Assembly (NCBI GenBank): GCA_964402285.1
Contig: CAYOAZ010000071.1
Span: forward strand, 29,209-93,208
From: an uncultured Anaerolineae bacterium
GTDB lineage: Bacteria > Chloroflexota > Anaerolineae > JAADDB01
Length of the DNA: 64,000 nucleotides
Reading direction: 5' to 3'
Part shown: positions 30,091 through 39,860 of the stretch, piece after piece
How the letters are laid out: every line of letters begins with the position of its first letter
How positions within the stretch are numbered: position 1 is the stretch's first letter
The notes under the pieces: generated by a model
What the model was told of the DNA's origin: nothing
The model's database searches: none
Seen by the model: the letters and a program-made list of their open reading frames with translations, nothing else
Made by a program: the position numbers and the translations under genes

Positions 30091-32661
30091 ATGAGACCGG
30101 TACAATTACAGTTGCGGAATTTCCTCTCCTACGGTGAGAACGTTCCCCCCTTGCGCTTTGATGGGTTACACCTGGTGTGCCTTTCCGGTCCTAACGGGCA
30201 TGGAAAGAGCGCACTGTTGGACGCGATAACGTGGGCCCTGTGGGGTAAGGCGCGCTCACGCAGTGACGATGACCTGGTGCGGCACGGCCAGACAGAGATG
30301 CTGGTGGATTTTGAGTTCCTGTTGGACAACCAGCGTTATCGGGTGCGTCGGGAGCGCATTCTCAAGGGAAAACGGGGCCAGAGTGTGTTGGAATTCTTCG
30401 TCTGGGATGAGGAGAACCAACGATGGCGCTCGTTGACCGAGCCCAGCAAGCGGGACACTCAACGTCGGATTATTGAAACGTTGCGGCTGGACTATGATAC
30501 GTTTATCAACTCCGCGTACTTAAAGCAGGGACGGGCCGATGAGTTCACCACCCGCACCCCCGCGGAGCGCAAGCAGGTCCTGGCGGAGATTCTGCACCTG
30601 AACCAGTACGAAGTGCTGGAACAGCGGGCTAAGGAGCGGGCTCGTCGAGCCGAGCAGGAGATCCAAATTCTTCAGAATCAGATCCTCAACCTGGTGGAGG
30701 AAATCGGGAAAGAGACCCAGTTACGCGAGGAATTAAATCAAGCGGAACAAGTGCTGGCCGAGTTGGAGAAGGAGGTGGAATCCGCCGAAACCCTGGAAAG
30801 GGCGTTGCGGGGACAGGTAGAGGCATTGCAGCGCCTTCAGAAGGATGTGCAACGCCAACGGGCCCGCGTGGAGGACCTGCGGCAGGAAATTGCTCGCGTT
30901 GACGCAGAGATCGCCAGCATCCAAACGCGCATCGGGGCCTTGCGCGAGCAACTGGAACGTCGAGAGGAAATCACCTCCCTGTACGGAGAACTCATCCGGC
31001 TCCGTGAGGAGAATCAGAAATGGGATACTCTGCTGCGCGAGCAGGTTCACTTACAGCAAGAACTTCGCCTGGCCCAGGAGAACCTGCACGCGGCGAGAGT
31101 GGAAGTGGAGCGCAAGGCTGCGGAGTTGCAGGCGCGCGTGGCTGATCTGCAACAGCAGAGTCAACTCCTCCCCTCCCTGCAGGAACGGCTGCGCCAGGTG
31201 GAGGAGCACCTCTCCGCATTGGAACACCTGGACAGCGAGGTCCAGGCCCTGCGGGATCGTATGGCCTCCTTGCAAGAGGAATATGCGACGTTGCGGGAGC
31301 AACTTCGACGCCTTAAGTTGGACATGAACGATATCAAGGAGCGCATCGATCAGTTGGAGAGTGCCCGAGGACAACCCAACTGTCCCCTGTGCGGTCAACC
31401 CCTTACTGAAGAGCACATTGCCCGCATGGTCGATGCGTTGCGGCGTCAGGGGCAGGAGATGGCGGCCGCGTACCGAGCGGGTCGGGATCGGTTAAAAGAG
31501 TTGGAGGAGAAACAGAAGGAAACCCAGCGGACACTCGCTACCAAGGAAGCAGCACTTAAGGAGCGGGTCCGCTGGCAGCGTGAACACGCTCAGTTGGAGG
31601 ACAAAGTTCGGCAGGCAGAGCAGGCTGCGGAGGAGTTGCAGCGCGTCCGGGCACGGTTGGCGGAGATCCAGCAGGCCCTTGAAACCCGGACCTTTGCTCC
31701 TGATCTGGCACGGGCTGTGGATGAGATTCAAACGCAGTTGCTCGCCCTGGGATACGATGCTCAAGCGCATGAGGAGGTGCGCCAGCGTTTGGACGCGCTG
31801 GCCGAGGTGGAGAGTTTGTACCACAGTCTCTCCTCTCTGGAGGACCAGGTTCGCGACCTGGAGCAACGCTTGGAGGAATCCCAACAGCGGCGAAGGCGAT
31901 GGCAAATGACGTTGGAACAAGAGGTGAAAGTCCTGGCAGAGATGGAGGAACGGTTAAGCCAGTTGCCGGACATTCAGCAGAAGTGGCGTGCCCAGGTAGC
32001 CCAGGTGGACCGTCTGGTCGAAAAGGAACGGGAGGCTCGCACGCGAGTGGTGTCGCTACGCCAACTGCTTTCCACCATTGAGCACCAGAAGGAGCGGATT
32101 CGAGAACTGCAGGAGCAACTCCGGAAGCACCAGGAGGAACTCAGCATTTACCAGGATCTGGCCAAGGCTTTTGGCAAGAACGGTTTACAAGCCATGATTA
32201 TCGAGGCGGTTCTGCCGGAAATCGAAAACGAGGCGAATCGCATTCTCTCCCGCATGACCGATGGTCGCATGAGCGTTCGCCTGCGAACCCAGCGGGCACG
32301 TCGTTCCGGGGAAGGGGCCATAGAGACGCTGGACATTGAGATCGCGGATAATATGGGGGTCCGTCCCTATGAGTTGTTTTCAGGAGGGGAGGCGTTTCGC
32401 ATTAATTTCGCTCTGCGTGTGGCTTTAAGCAAACTCCTGGCCCGACGCGCGGGGGCCAGTTTGCGCACGTTGTTCATTGATGAGGGATTTGGCAGTCAGG
32501 ACAGTGAAGGGCGCCTCCGGCTGGTGGAGGCCATCAACACAATTCAAGAGGATTTTGACTTGATTGTGGTTATCACTCACATTGAGGAGTTGAAAGAGGC
32601 GTTTCCTGTCCGCATTGAGGTGTTCAAAGGACCCCAAGGATCCACTTATACCATCACTTGA
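30091..32661 (+). CDS. sbcC: SbcC/Rad50-family DNA repair ATPase (exonuclease SbcCD C subunit)
   Basis: N-terminal Walker A (LSGPNGHGKSALLDAI), long coiled coils, a central CPLCGQ zinc hook, and a C-terminal signature/D-loop (LFSGGEAFRINFALRVAL ... LFIDEGFGSQD). Start at MRPVQLQL with a GAGG RBS. Confidence 0.8.
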   Translation: MRPVQLQLRNFLSYGENVPPLRFDGLHLVCLSGPNGHGKSALLDAITWALWGKARSRSDDDLVRHGQTEMLVDFEFLLDNQRYRVRRERILKGKRGQSVLEFFVWDEENQRWRSLTEPSKRDTQRRIIETLRLDYDTFINSAYLKQGRADEFTTRTPAERKQVLAEILHLNQYEVLEQRAKERARRAEQEIQILQNQILNLVEEIGKETQLREELNQAEQVLAELEKEVESAETLERALRGQVEALQRLQKDVQRQRARVEDLRQEIARVDAEIASIQTRIGALREQLERREEITSLYGELIRLREENQKWDTLLREQVHLQQELRLAQENLHAARVEVERKAAELQARVADLQQQSQLLPSLQERLRQVEEHLSALEHLDSEVQALRDRMASLQEEYATLREQLRRLKLDMNDIKERIDQLESARGQPNCPLCGQPLTEEHIARMVDALRRQGQEMAAAYRAGRDRLKELEEKQKETQRTLATKEAALKERVRWQREHAQLEDKVRQAEQAAEELQRVRARLAEIQQALETRTFAPDLARAVDEIQTQLLALGYDAQAHEEVRQRLDALAEVESLYHSLSSLEDQVRDLEQRLEESQQRRRRWQMTLEQEVKVLAEMEERLSQLPDIQQKWRAQVAQVDRLVEKEREARTRVVSLRQLLSTIEHQKERIRELQEQLRKHQEELSIYQDLAKAFGKNGLQAMIIEAVLPEIENEANRILSRMTDGRMSVRLRTQRARRSGEGAIETLDIEIADNMGVRPYELFSGGEAFRINFALRVALSKLLARRAGASLRTLFIDEGFGSQDSEGRLRLVEAINTIQEDFDLIVVITHIEELKEAFPVRIEVFKGPQGSTYTIT

Positions 32662-32681
32662 GGTGCTCCGCGGATTCTCCC

Positions 32682-34118
32682 ATGGATGATGCCCTGGCTT
32701 CTTTATCCCGATATCGTCCCATAGTTGATGACTGGGCCTCCTTTGTTCACGTGATTGTTCGTCCCTTGCCCACGGTTATCTGGACGAACACGCGACGGGT
32801 GTCGCCGGATCACCTGCGCGATCTCCTGGGGGAGTTGGGAGTGGAGGCCACACCTGTGCCCTGGTATCCAGGTGCTTTTCGGCTTCCTCCAGAGGTGAAG
32901 CCCGGCCACCTGTGGCCTTACAAGGTGGGGTTGTTCCACGTACAGGAGGAGGTCTCCCTGTTGCCCCCTGTCTTGCTGGATCCCCAGCCAGGGGAGCGGG
33001 TGCTGGATATGGCGGCCGCTCCTGGGGGCAAAACCGCGCAGATGGCCATGCTCATGGAGAATCGCGGCACGGTAATCGCCAATGATGTGGGCGTTCACCG
33101 GATGCGGGCGCTGCGCCATGTGTTGGAACGGTTGGGGATTCTCAACACGAGCACGTTAGTTCACGATGGCAGCAACATTCCCGCGTCTGTGGGGGTGTTC
33201 GACAGGGTGCTGGTGGATGCCCCCTGTTCGTGCGAGGGAACCGCGCGCAAGAATCCGGAAGTGTTGCGCCTGTGTGGGGTGGATGTGTCCTTGGAGTATC
33301 AGGGGGTGCAGAAGGCACTTTTGCGCAAGGCAGTGCAGTTGTGTCGACCTGGGGGGCGTATTGTGTACTCTACGTGTACCTTTGCCCCGGAGGAGAATGA
33401 GGCGGTCGTGGATGCGATCTTGCGTGAGTTCGGCACATCCCGTTTGCGGGTGGTGCCCGTCCGTGTGGGCGCGTTTCGCACTTCCCCGGGTCTTACTGAG
33501 TGGTCGGGACAACGTTTTCATGCCTCGCTGAGCCACGCGATCCGCATTTGGCCCCATCACAATGATACGGGTGGTTTCTTCATCGCCGTGCTGGAGAAGT
33601 CCCCGGAGGGGTGGACTCGGGTGCCCCCTGAAGCCCCCTTGCTCTCTCAGGTTCATCCGGATTGGGTGGTGGATCCTGGGCCGTGGTTGGAGACGCTCGA
33701 CGCGCGGTTTGGCATTCCGCGCGAGGTGTTTGATGCGTACCTGTTTTTCCGGACCGGGAGTAAGGGGGTGCGCGTTGTGTGTCAGGATCACCGGCCGCCG
33801 TTGCGCCCTGCTCCGGACGCGATTGGCATGTTGTTCATGCACACGAAGGGCCGCTTTCCAAAGTGGACTACGGCCGCGGTGCTGGCGTTTGGACATCTGG
33901 CCACTCGCAATGTGGTGGAGGTGACGGCCTCCCAGGTGGAGGCTTATGTGCGCCGGGAGGAGATTTCCCTAACACGCGAACAGGCGTATGCCTGTTCGGG
34001 AGGAGGGTATGTGATCCTGCGTTATCGGGATGTCACTGTAGGAATGGGGTTGTTCCGCCCCACACCGGGGGGCGGTACCGTGGCTAGCCTCTTCCCTAAA
34101 GGGTGGATGCGGGGTTGA
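32682..34118 (+). CDS. NOL1/NOP2/Sun-family RNA (rRNA) cytosine-C5 methyltransferase (RsmB/RsmF-like)
   Basis: SAM-binding VLDMAAAPGGKT, catalytic DAPCSCEG and RIVYSTCT motifs, and an RsmF-like C-terminal extension. Confidence 0.8.
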   Translation: MDDALASLSRYRPIVDDWASFVHVIVRPLPTVIWTNTRRVSPDHLRDLLGELGVEATPVPWYPGAFRLPPEVKPGHLWPYKVGLFHVQEEVSLLPPVLLDPQPGERVLDMAAAPGGKTAQMAMLMENRGTVIANDVGVHRMRALRHVLERLGILNTSTLVHDGSNIPASVGVFDRVLVDAPCSCEGTARKNPEVLRLCGVDVSLEYQGVQKALLRKAVQLCRPGGRIVYSTCTFAPEENEAVVDAILREFGTSRLRVVPVRVGAFRTSPGLTEWSGQRFHASLSHAIRIWPHHNDTGGFFIAVLEKSPEGWTRVPPEAPLLSQVHPDWVVDPGPWLETLDARFGIPREVFDAYLFFRTGSKGVRVVCQDHRPPLRPAPDAIGMLFMHTKGRFPKWTTAAVLAFGHLATRNVVEVTASQVEAYVRREEISLTREQAYACSGGGYVILRYRDVTVGMGLFRPTPGGGTVASLFPKGWMRG

Positions 34119-34121
34119 GGC

Positions 34122-34595
34122 TTATCGCCACGGTAACACGTAATGACGTCGCCAGTCCACTTGCGCTTCTTTAAGGATTTTGCGCAATGTTTCGTGGCTG
34201 ATCTGGTCTACAATCCCCTGGTTGATGAGGTACTGGCGCAGGTTGTGCAGTGTCCACGTGGAGAACAGTAAACCTAATTGTCGAGGAGGTGTCTGCGCGA
34301 TTTCGATGATGCGCTGTTTGGTGGCTCCTTGGAACTTGGGTGGGGGGCCTGGCTTAAAAGGGCGCGAGCGTAACCCGTTCACTCCGTGTTGGTTAAAGCG
34401 GTGGATCCACTTGCGCACTTTGTCCGGCCCTAATCCCACCATGGTAGCAATTTCCGGCACGCGGTATTGTTCGTCCGCGGAGAGTAGGATGACGCGGGCT
34501 CGTTGCGCGAGTTTTGCGTTCCCACCTTGTACCATTCGCATGAGTTCTCGCCGTTCCCCCGGTAGTAGTGGCCGTGCGTAGATGAGTTTCGGCAT
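34122..34595 (-). mobile_element. IS630/Tc1-like transposase N-terminal helix-turn-helix fragment (no DDE catalytic domain follows): remnant or domesticated element
   Basis: 158 aa with two winged HTH modules typical of the ORF-A region of IS630-family transposases (LAQRARVILLSADEQYRVPEIATMVG ... TWTLHNLRQYL). AGGAGG RBS 6 nt before ATG. It ends 4 nt from the rsm gene with no downstream transposase ORF. Confidence 0.55.
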
Positions 34596-34830
34596 GTCCA
34601 TCCTCCTCTTATTGGTGACGTGTATCCCACCCATGTGTTCACCACGTATCATAGAACAAAGAAGAGGGGCGCGCTATAGGACAACCGTCCTACTTATTTT
34701 CACATGCACCTAGTACTATCGTATGGCTTGTGTAGAATAAAGGGGGAGATTTGACCGTGTTTGCCTTTGGGATGTCCCGGTGGTGAGCCCTGGGGTTCGT
34801 TCTGGCGGCAGGAAGAGGAGGAGACTTGGC

Positions 34831-35781
34831 ATGACAACGTCACCGTATTTTATTCCGTCGGCAACTTTTGAGCCCGCTTATCTGGCTTTGCACCGTCGGG
34901 GGGAGTTGGCTCGTCGTGCGCGCGAAGCAGTGGATAAGTTGTCCGCCTGCCGTCTTTGCCCTCGGGATTGCAAGGTGAATCGTTTGGCCGATCAGATAGG
35001 TGTATGCCGCACCGGGCGTTACGCGATTGTGTCCAGTTATTTTCCCCACCACGGTGAGGAGGATTGTCTGCGCGGGTGGCGGGGCTCAGGCACGATTTTC
35101 TTTTCCATGTGTAATCTGCGTTGTGTGTTCTGCCAGAATTACGAGATCAGTCAGTTGGGGGAAGGACGGCCTGTTACTCCGGAGCAGTTGGCTTCTATGA
35201 TGTTGGATCTTCAGGCCCGGGGGGTTCATAACATTAATCTGGTCACTCCCGAACATGTGGTTCCCCAAATCCTGGAGGCTCTGGTCATTGCCGTGGAGGC
35301 CGGGTTGCAACTTCCTCTGGTGTATAACACGTCGGCCTATGATTCGCTGGAGAGTTTGCGCCTGATGGATGGGGTGGTTGACATTTACATGCCAGATTTT
35401 AAGTTGTGGACGCCGGAACGGGCTAGGCGTTATTTGAAGGCACGGGGGTATCCGGAGGCGGCACGCCGGGCTATTAAGGAGATGCACCGTCAGGTGGGAC
35501 CGTTGAAGTTTGATGAGCACGGGCTGGCAAAGCGGGGGGTGCTTGTGCGTCATCTGGTGATGCCTGGGATGTTGGATGAAACCCGAGCGATTTTGCGCTG
35601 GCTGGCTGAGGAGGTGTCCCCTGATACGTACGTGAATGTGATGGCTCAATACTATCCGGCATGGAAGGTGGGGCCGAATTCATATCCGGAGATTAACCGT
35701 CGCATTACGTGGGAGGAGTACCGTCAGGCGCTGGCTATTGCCCGGGAGGTGGGGTTGTGGCGGTTGGAAGGGGTCCGTTAG
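34831..35781 (+). CDS. Radical SAM protein, PflX-like (COG1313 family, putative pyruvate-formate-lyase-activating-enzyme homologue)
   Basis: CxxxCxxC cluster in SMCNLRCVFCQN plus an upstream Cys-rich segment (CRLCPRDCKVNR). Start at MTTSPYF with a GGAAGAGGAGG RBS. Confidence 0.8.
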   Translation: MTTSPYFIPSATFEPAYLALHRRGELARRAREAVDKLSACRLCPRDCKVNRLADQIGVCRTGRYAIVSSYFPHHGEEDCLRGWRGSGTIFFSMCNLRCVFCQNYEISQLGEGRPVTPEQLASMMLDLQARGVHNINLVTPEHVVPQILEALVIAVEAGLQLPLVYNTSAYDSLESLRLMDGVVDIYMPDFKLWTPERARRYLKARGYPEAARRAIKEMHRQVGPLKFDEHGLAKRGVLVRHLVMPGMLDETRAILRWLAEEVSPDTYVNVMAQYYPAWKVGPNSYPEINRRITWEEYRQALAIAREVGLWRLEGVR

Positions 35782-36980
35782 GCCAGGGCGTCCAACGCGT
35801 ATGCGATTTCTTCACGCACGTACGGGTCTGTTTCCCGTTGCCAGGCTGCATCTAGCGCGCGTTGTGCCGCACGGGTGCCGATGCGTCCCAGGGCCCAGGC
35901 CGCATGGCCTCGGATGAGCGGCTCGGGATCCTGGCTCAGGCGTTCTGTTAATGGAGGAATGCTTTCCGGGGAACCCCAGTTTCCCATGGCTACACACACG
36001 TTTCGCAGGAGCCCTCGCCGTTTGGCCCGGTAGATGGGGGTCTTACGGTATCTCCGACGGAATTCTTCTTCGTCCAGGCGGATGAGGTCTAATAGCCGCG
36101 GGGCTACTTGTTCCGGGCGTGGCTGGAACGCGGGTTCGTCAGTGGGGCGGGCGAAGCGGGTGTTCCAGGGACAGATGTCCTGACATTCATCACAGCCGAA
36201 GATCCAGTTTTTCATGTGGGGACGCAGGTCGCGCGGGATGGGGCCTCGCAGTTCAATGGTTAGGTAGGAGATGCACCGTCGCGCGTCCAGGATGTAGGGT
36301 TCGACAAAGGCGCGCGTGGGACATGCTTTCAGGCAACGCGTGCACGCGCCGCAGGTCCCCACAGTGCCGTCGGCGAATTCCCAGCGAGGAGGTGTGCCGA
36401 GCCTCAGGGGCAGGGGATCCGGTTCCAGGGGTTCGGGCACGAGGAGGACGCCCAGGAACAGGTAGGATCCCAGGTGGGGGTGAATGAGGCAGGTGTTCTT
36501 GCCGATGAACCCTAATCCGGCCCGCGCGGCCCACGCTCGTTCCAACACGGGACCAGTGTCTACGTAGGCTTTGGCGTATTCGGTGCGGCCGCTAAGTTCT
36601 CGCAGGTGCGCGTCCAGTTGGAAGAGTCGAGGCCGCAGGATGTCGTGGTAATCCAGTCCCCATGCGTAACGGGAGATGCGTCCCCGAGAGGGGTCGGTGA
36701 GGAGGGTGGGGTCGGGCGGGTGGACGTAGTAGTTTCGGGCTACGACGATGATGCGTTGGGCCGTGGGGTAGATGGTACGGGGGTCCAGGCGCGCTTGGGG
36801 ATTTCGGACCATGTAGTGCATGGTTCCGGCAAAGCCCCGGTGTATCCATTCCAGAAATGCCTGGCTTTCGGGCAGGTGGGAGAGGGTCGCGATGCCCACC
36901 GCGTCGAATCCCAACGCGCGGGCTTTTTCTTTGATGCTTCGGGTCCATTCACGGTAGCGGGCCCGCTGTGGTCCGGTCAT
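35778..36980 (-). CDS. queG: tRNA epoxyqueuosine reductase
   Basis: Two 4Fe-4S ferredoxin motifs (CGACTRCLKACP and CDECQDICP) and C-terminal HEAT-like repeats. Start at MTGPQRARY, overlapping the upstream gene stop (ATGA). The approx 210-codon Pro/Arg/His-rich ORF-track extension was rejected. Confidence 0.85.
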   Translation of the reverse strand: MTGPQRARYREWTRSIKEKARALGFDAVGIATLSHLPESQAFLEWIHRGFAGTMHYMVRNPQARLDPRTIYPTAQRIIVVARNYYVHPPDPTLLTDPSRGRISRYAWGLDYHDILRPRLFQLDAHLRELSGRTEYAKAYVDTGPVLERAWAARAGLGFIGKNTCLIHPHLGSYLFLGVLLVPEPLEPDPLPLRLGTPPRWEFADGTVGTCGACTRCLKACPTRAFVEPYILDARRCISYLTIELRGPIPRDLRPHMKNWIFGCDECQDICPWNTRFARPTDEPAFQPRPEQVAPRLLDLIRLDEEEFRRRYRKTPIYRAKRRGLLRNVCVAMGNWGSPESIPPLTERLSQDPEPLIRGHAAWALGRIGTRAAQRALDAAWQRETDPYVREEIAYALDALA

Positions 36981-38977
36981 GGTAGCCAGTAGATGAGCAG
37001 TCGCGGTTCCCCGGCCGGTGCCCGCACTTCTTCCAGGCGGCCTCCGGGGTACATGTGGACGATGATGTTTACTCGGGCTTGTTGTGTTACGGGTGCGACG
37101 ATGACTCCGTGGTGTTGGACACAGCGCTGGAGGTCTTCTGTCCATGTGTCGGGGGCAATTTCCATGTCCTGCCGTCCGTGGAGGAGGAATTGGAATTCTC
37201 GTTCCTGGAGGGTGTGTTCTCCTCGGAGGTAGCAGGCGGGTCGGTCTTTTAAGGTGAGGATGAAGCGAGCCGTGAAGTCGTTTTCCCCCACGTGGGTAAG
37301 GGCTTCTCGGGTGTAGGTGTGCCAGTTTAACCACCCTGCCCAGAGGATGAGGAGGATGAGAAGGAGCGCGATGAGGGCTCGTGTGCGGGGATGGTCTTTG
37401 AGTACGCTCAAGGTCCAGCGCATACCGATGCTTATGGTCAGGGCGTTGGCTGGCAGGATGATGACGAGACGTGGCCAGAAGGGCGCGTCCACGGTCAGGA
37501 TGGAGCCCAGGAGGAGGCTGAGAAGGATCCAGGTGGTGAGTAAGAAGTTGCCCGGGTGGCGTAGTCGTCCGGTGATAATGCCGACGCCCAGGAGGAAGAA
37601 GGGGGCTAGCCATGGGTTGAGCATGGGGTGAGGATAGCCAAATTGGGTGGATGTGTCGCCGTAGTATTGGAAGGTGAGTAGGGTACGTTGGACCTGGGCG
37701 AAGAAGATCTCGCGCAGGGTGGAAGCCTGGTACTTGTTCAGGAGGTGGGTGTACACGCCTGGATCGGTAATCATAACGTGGTTGGCCCGAGAGATGTAGG
37801 CGGGAAAGTCCCGGAGCGCTACAATGATCATGGGGCCGAAGGTGACGAAGAAGGCGATGAGGTACGCGATGATGCCCTCTTTATTCTCCGCGAGTTGTTT
37901 TCGGTGGAAGATGAGCAGGTAGATGGCCCACAGGGCAACGATGGGGATGAGGACACGGCCCGAGAAGTACATGTTGGTGGCTATGGCCGTGGTGATACCC
38001 GCGGCGACCCATGCCATAGGGGTTCGGCGGCGGTAGCCACGGAGCAGGAAGTAGAAACTCCAAACTGCCCAGGGGACTGGGTCTATGTAGGAGGGGATGC
38101 GGCTAAAGTGGATGTGGACAGCGTCGATTGCGCCCACGGCCAGAGCCAACCAGCCTACCTGTTCGTCCCACGCTTCTTTGCCCAGCATGTACACGCCTAA
38201 CAGGCTGAAGGTCCCCGCAAGGACCGCGCTCATCCGCAGGCCGAAGAGGGTGTCGCCCCACAATTTCATGGTGAGGACTTCGTGGATGTATCCCCACATG
38301 GGAATGGTGGCCCATCCCAGGGAGAACCAGCCGTCGAATTCGTGGTGGAGAATTTGTCGCGCCTGGAGCCCTACAGAGGCCATGTCCCCGTGGACTTGAA
38401 GGGGGAGTGTGGTGAGGTGATACACGCGCAGGGCAAATGCGATGCCCAGCAGGGAAAGTAGGGTGAGGACTTTGCGCCACGCGATGTGGCGAGGGGCCGC
38501 GGGGCGGGAAGTGTACGCGGCGAACACGGAGAGGACGCCTACTCCCCATGTGAGATAGGTCCAGGCATTGTTGCCCTGGCGCCAGAAGATCGCCAGCGCG
38601 GCGAGGTAGGCAATGAGTCCGAGGGCGAGAAGGGCGCGGCGGCGCCTGGTTCCGCCAAAGATGACGGTGACCTGTGGGGTGTGAAATCGTCTAATGCGGA
38701 TGACAACGGTGGTGGCCGCTTGTTCGTTGTGTACGATGCGGACGATTTCCAGGGGGGAAACTCCCTGGAGCCAGGGGGGGATGTAGGTGGCCACGGCTTT
38801 CCACATGAGAAAGATGCTGATCAGGTCCAGGGCGACGGCCAAACTGAAGTACACATCCCGTAAGGGGTCCACAGGACCAACTGTGGCGAAGAATGCGGTC
38901 GCGCTGGCACCTGCGATAAGGGACACGGCGGTGAGTGCCCATATTTTGCGTGGTACGGATGTGGTACGTTCAGGCAT
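36977..38977 (-). CDS. Polytopic membrane glycosyltransferase, GT39/GT83 (ArnT/PMT-like) family
   Basis: 666 aa with more than 10 TM helices. N-terminal region has the loop pattern of dolichyl/undecaprenyl-phosphate-sugar-dependent GT-C enzymes (YHLTTLPLQVHGDMAS). It sits with a GT2 polyprenyl-phosphate sugar synthase. Confidence 0.55.
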   Translation of the reverse strand: MPERTTSVPRKIWALTAVSLIAGASATAFFATVGPVDPLRDVYFSLAVALDLISIFLMWKAVATYIPPWLQGVSPLEIVRIVHNEQAATTVVIRIRRFHTPQVTVIFGGTRRRRALLALGLIAYLAALAIFWRQGNNAWTYLTWGVGVLSVFAAYTSRPAAPRHIAWRKVLTLLSLLGIAFALRVYHLTTLPLQVHGDMASVGLQARQILHHEFDGWFSLGWATIPMWGYIHEVLTMKLWGDTLFGLRMSAVLAGTFSLLGVYMLGKEAWDEQVGWLALAVGAIDAVHIHFSRIPSYIDPVPWAVWSFYFLLRGYRRRTPMAWVAAGITTAIATNMYFSGRVLIPIVALWAIYLLIFHRKQLAENKEGIIAYLIAFFVTFGPMIIVALRDFPAYISRANHVMITDPGVYTHLLNKYQASTLREIFFAQVQRTLLTFQYYGDTSTQFGYPHPMLNPWLAPFFLLGVGIITGRLRHPGNFLLTTWILLSLLLGSILTVDAPFWPRLVIILPANALTISIGMRWTLSVLKDHPRTRALIALLLILLILWAGWLNWHTYTREALTHVGENDFTARFILTLKDRPACYLRGEHTLQEREFQFLLHGRQDMEIAPDTWTEDLQRCVQHHGVIVAPVTQQARVNIIVHMYPGGRLEEVRAPAGEPRLLIYWLP

Positions 38978-39761
38978 GGGCAGATCTCCCTTTGTTTCCC
39001 TCTGCCCCTCTGTGGGGTGAAGGATGAGTTGCGTGTGTGGCGGGCGTGGCTACACAGACCAGGGATAGGCCTGGCATGTGCGGCCACACTCGACGCACCA
39101 GGCGTTCTGCAGGGCGTAGGAACGGTACGAGTTTGTCGAACAGGCGAATTTGCCAATTCGGAATGGCTGGATACTGTCTGATCTTTCCGTCAAACCACCA
39201 TCCCCACGCGCCTAACAGGTTGACGTCATGGATGAAAATGGGGGTAAACCCCGTTTGGTTCAGTATGTGTTGTAGGTGTTGACGAGTGTATCTCCGTTGA
39301 TGTCCCAGTGATTGGTCCAGTGTATTATACAACCAAGGGTGGGCGGGGACGTATAACAGTAAGTGCCCTGTGGGGGTGAGGATTTCACGCGCGTGCATCA
39401 GGGCTTTCTGTTCTTCTTCAATGTGTTCAAGAACGTTGATGAATACGACGGTGTCTATGTTCAAGGTTCTCAGGTGTTCGACGATTTTTCTGTGCGTGAT
39501 GTCCCCGTGAATGACCTGAACGTGCTCTAAGTGCCCCCAGCGGGCTTGTACGGAACGTACGGCATCTTCCAAGACGTCCAAAGCGACCAGGAGTTGCGCG
39601 TGCAGGAAGTAAGGGGTGAGATTGCCGATGCCGCAGCCCACTTCGAGTACTCGTTGTCCGATGTACGGCTGGAAGTGACCGGCAATCCAACGGTTGTAAC
39701 GGGGGGCTTGGGATAGGCTTTGTAGTGTGTGCCAGAGTGTCTGGCGGGCTTTCTCGTCCAT
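38970..39761 (-). CDS. Class I SAM-dependent methyltransferase
   Basis: Motif I VLEVGCGIGNL and motif post-I/II (VALDV, VVFINVLEHI). Confidence 0.8.
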   Translation of the reverse strand: MDEKARQTLWHTLQSLSQAPRYNRWIAGHFQPYIGQRVLEVGCGIGNLTPYFLHAQLLVALDVLEDAVRSVQARWGHLEHVQVIHGDITHRKIVEHLRTLNIDTVVFINVLEHIEEEQKALMHAREILTPTGHLLLYVPAHPWLYNTLDQSLGHQRRYTRQHLQHILNQTGFTPIFIHDVNLLGAWGWWFDGKIRQYPAIPNWQIRLFDKLVPFLRPAERLVRRVWPHMPGLSLVCVATPATHATHPSPHRGAEGNKGRSAHA

Positions 39762-39860
39762 TCCCGGTCAGGATAAGACGTGTTGCAGGTTGGATGTGGC
39801 GCGCAATGTGGGCGATGCTCCACGTGCGTTTGCCGATGTTCAATGTTCAAGTTGTTGTTC

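Noticed and set aside
36981-37613. 211-codon N-terminal extension of the queG ORF
   Set aside because: It is a Pro/Arg/His-rich extension with no RBS, overlapping the upstream GT39 gene in another frame. The QueG homology begins only at MTGPQRARY.
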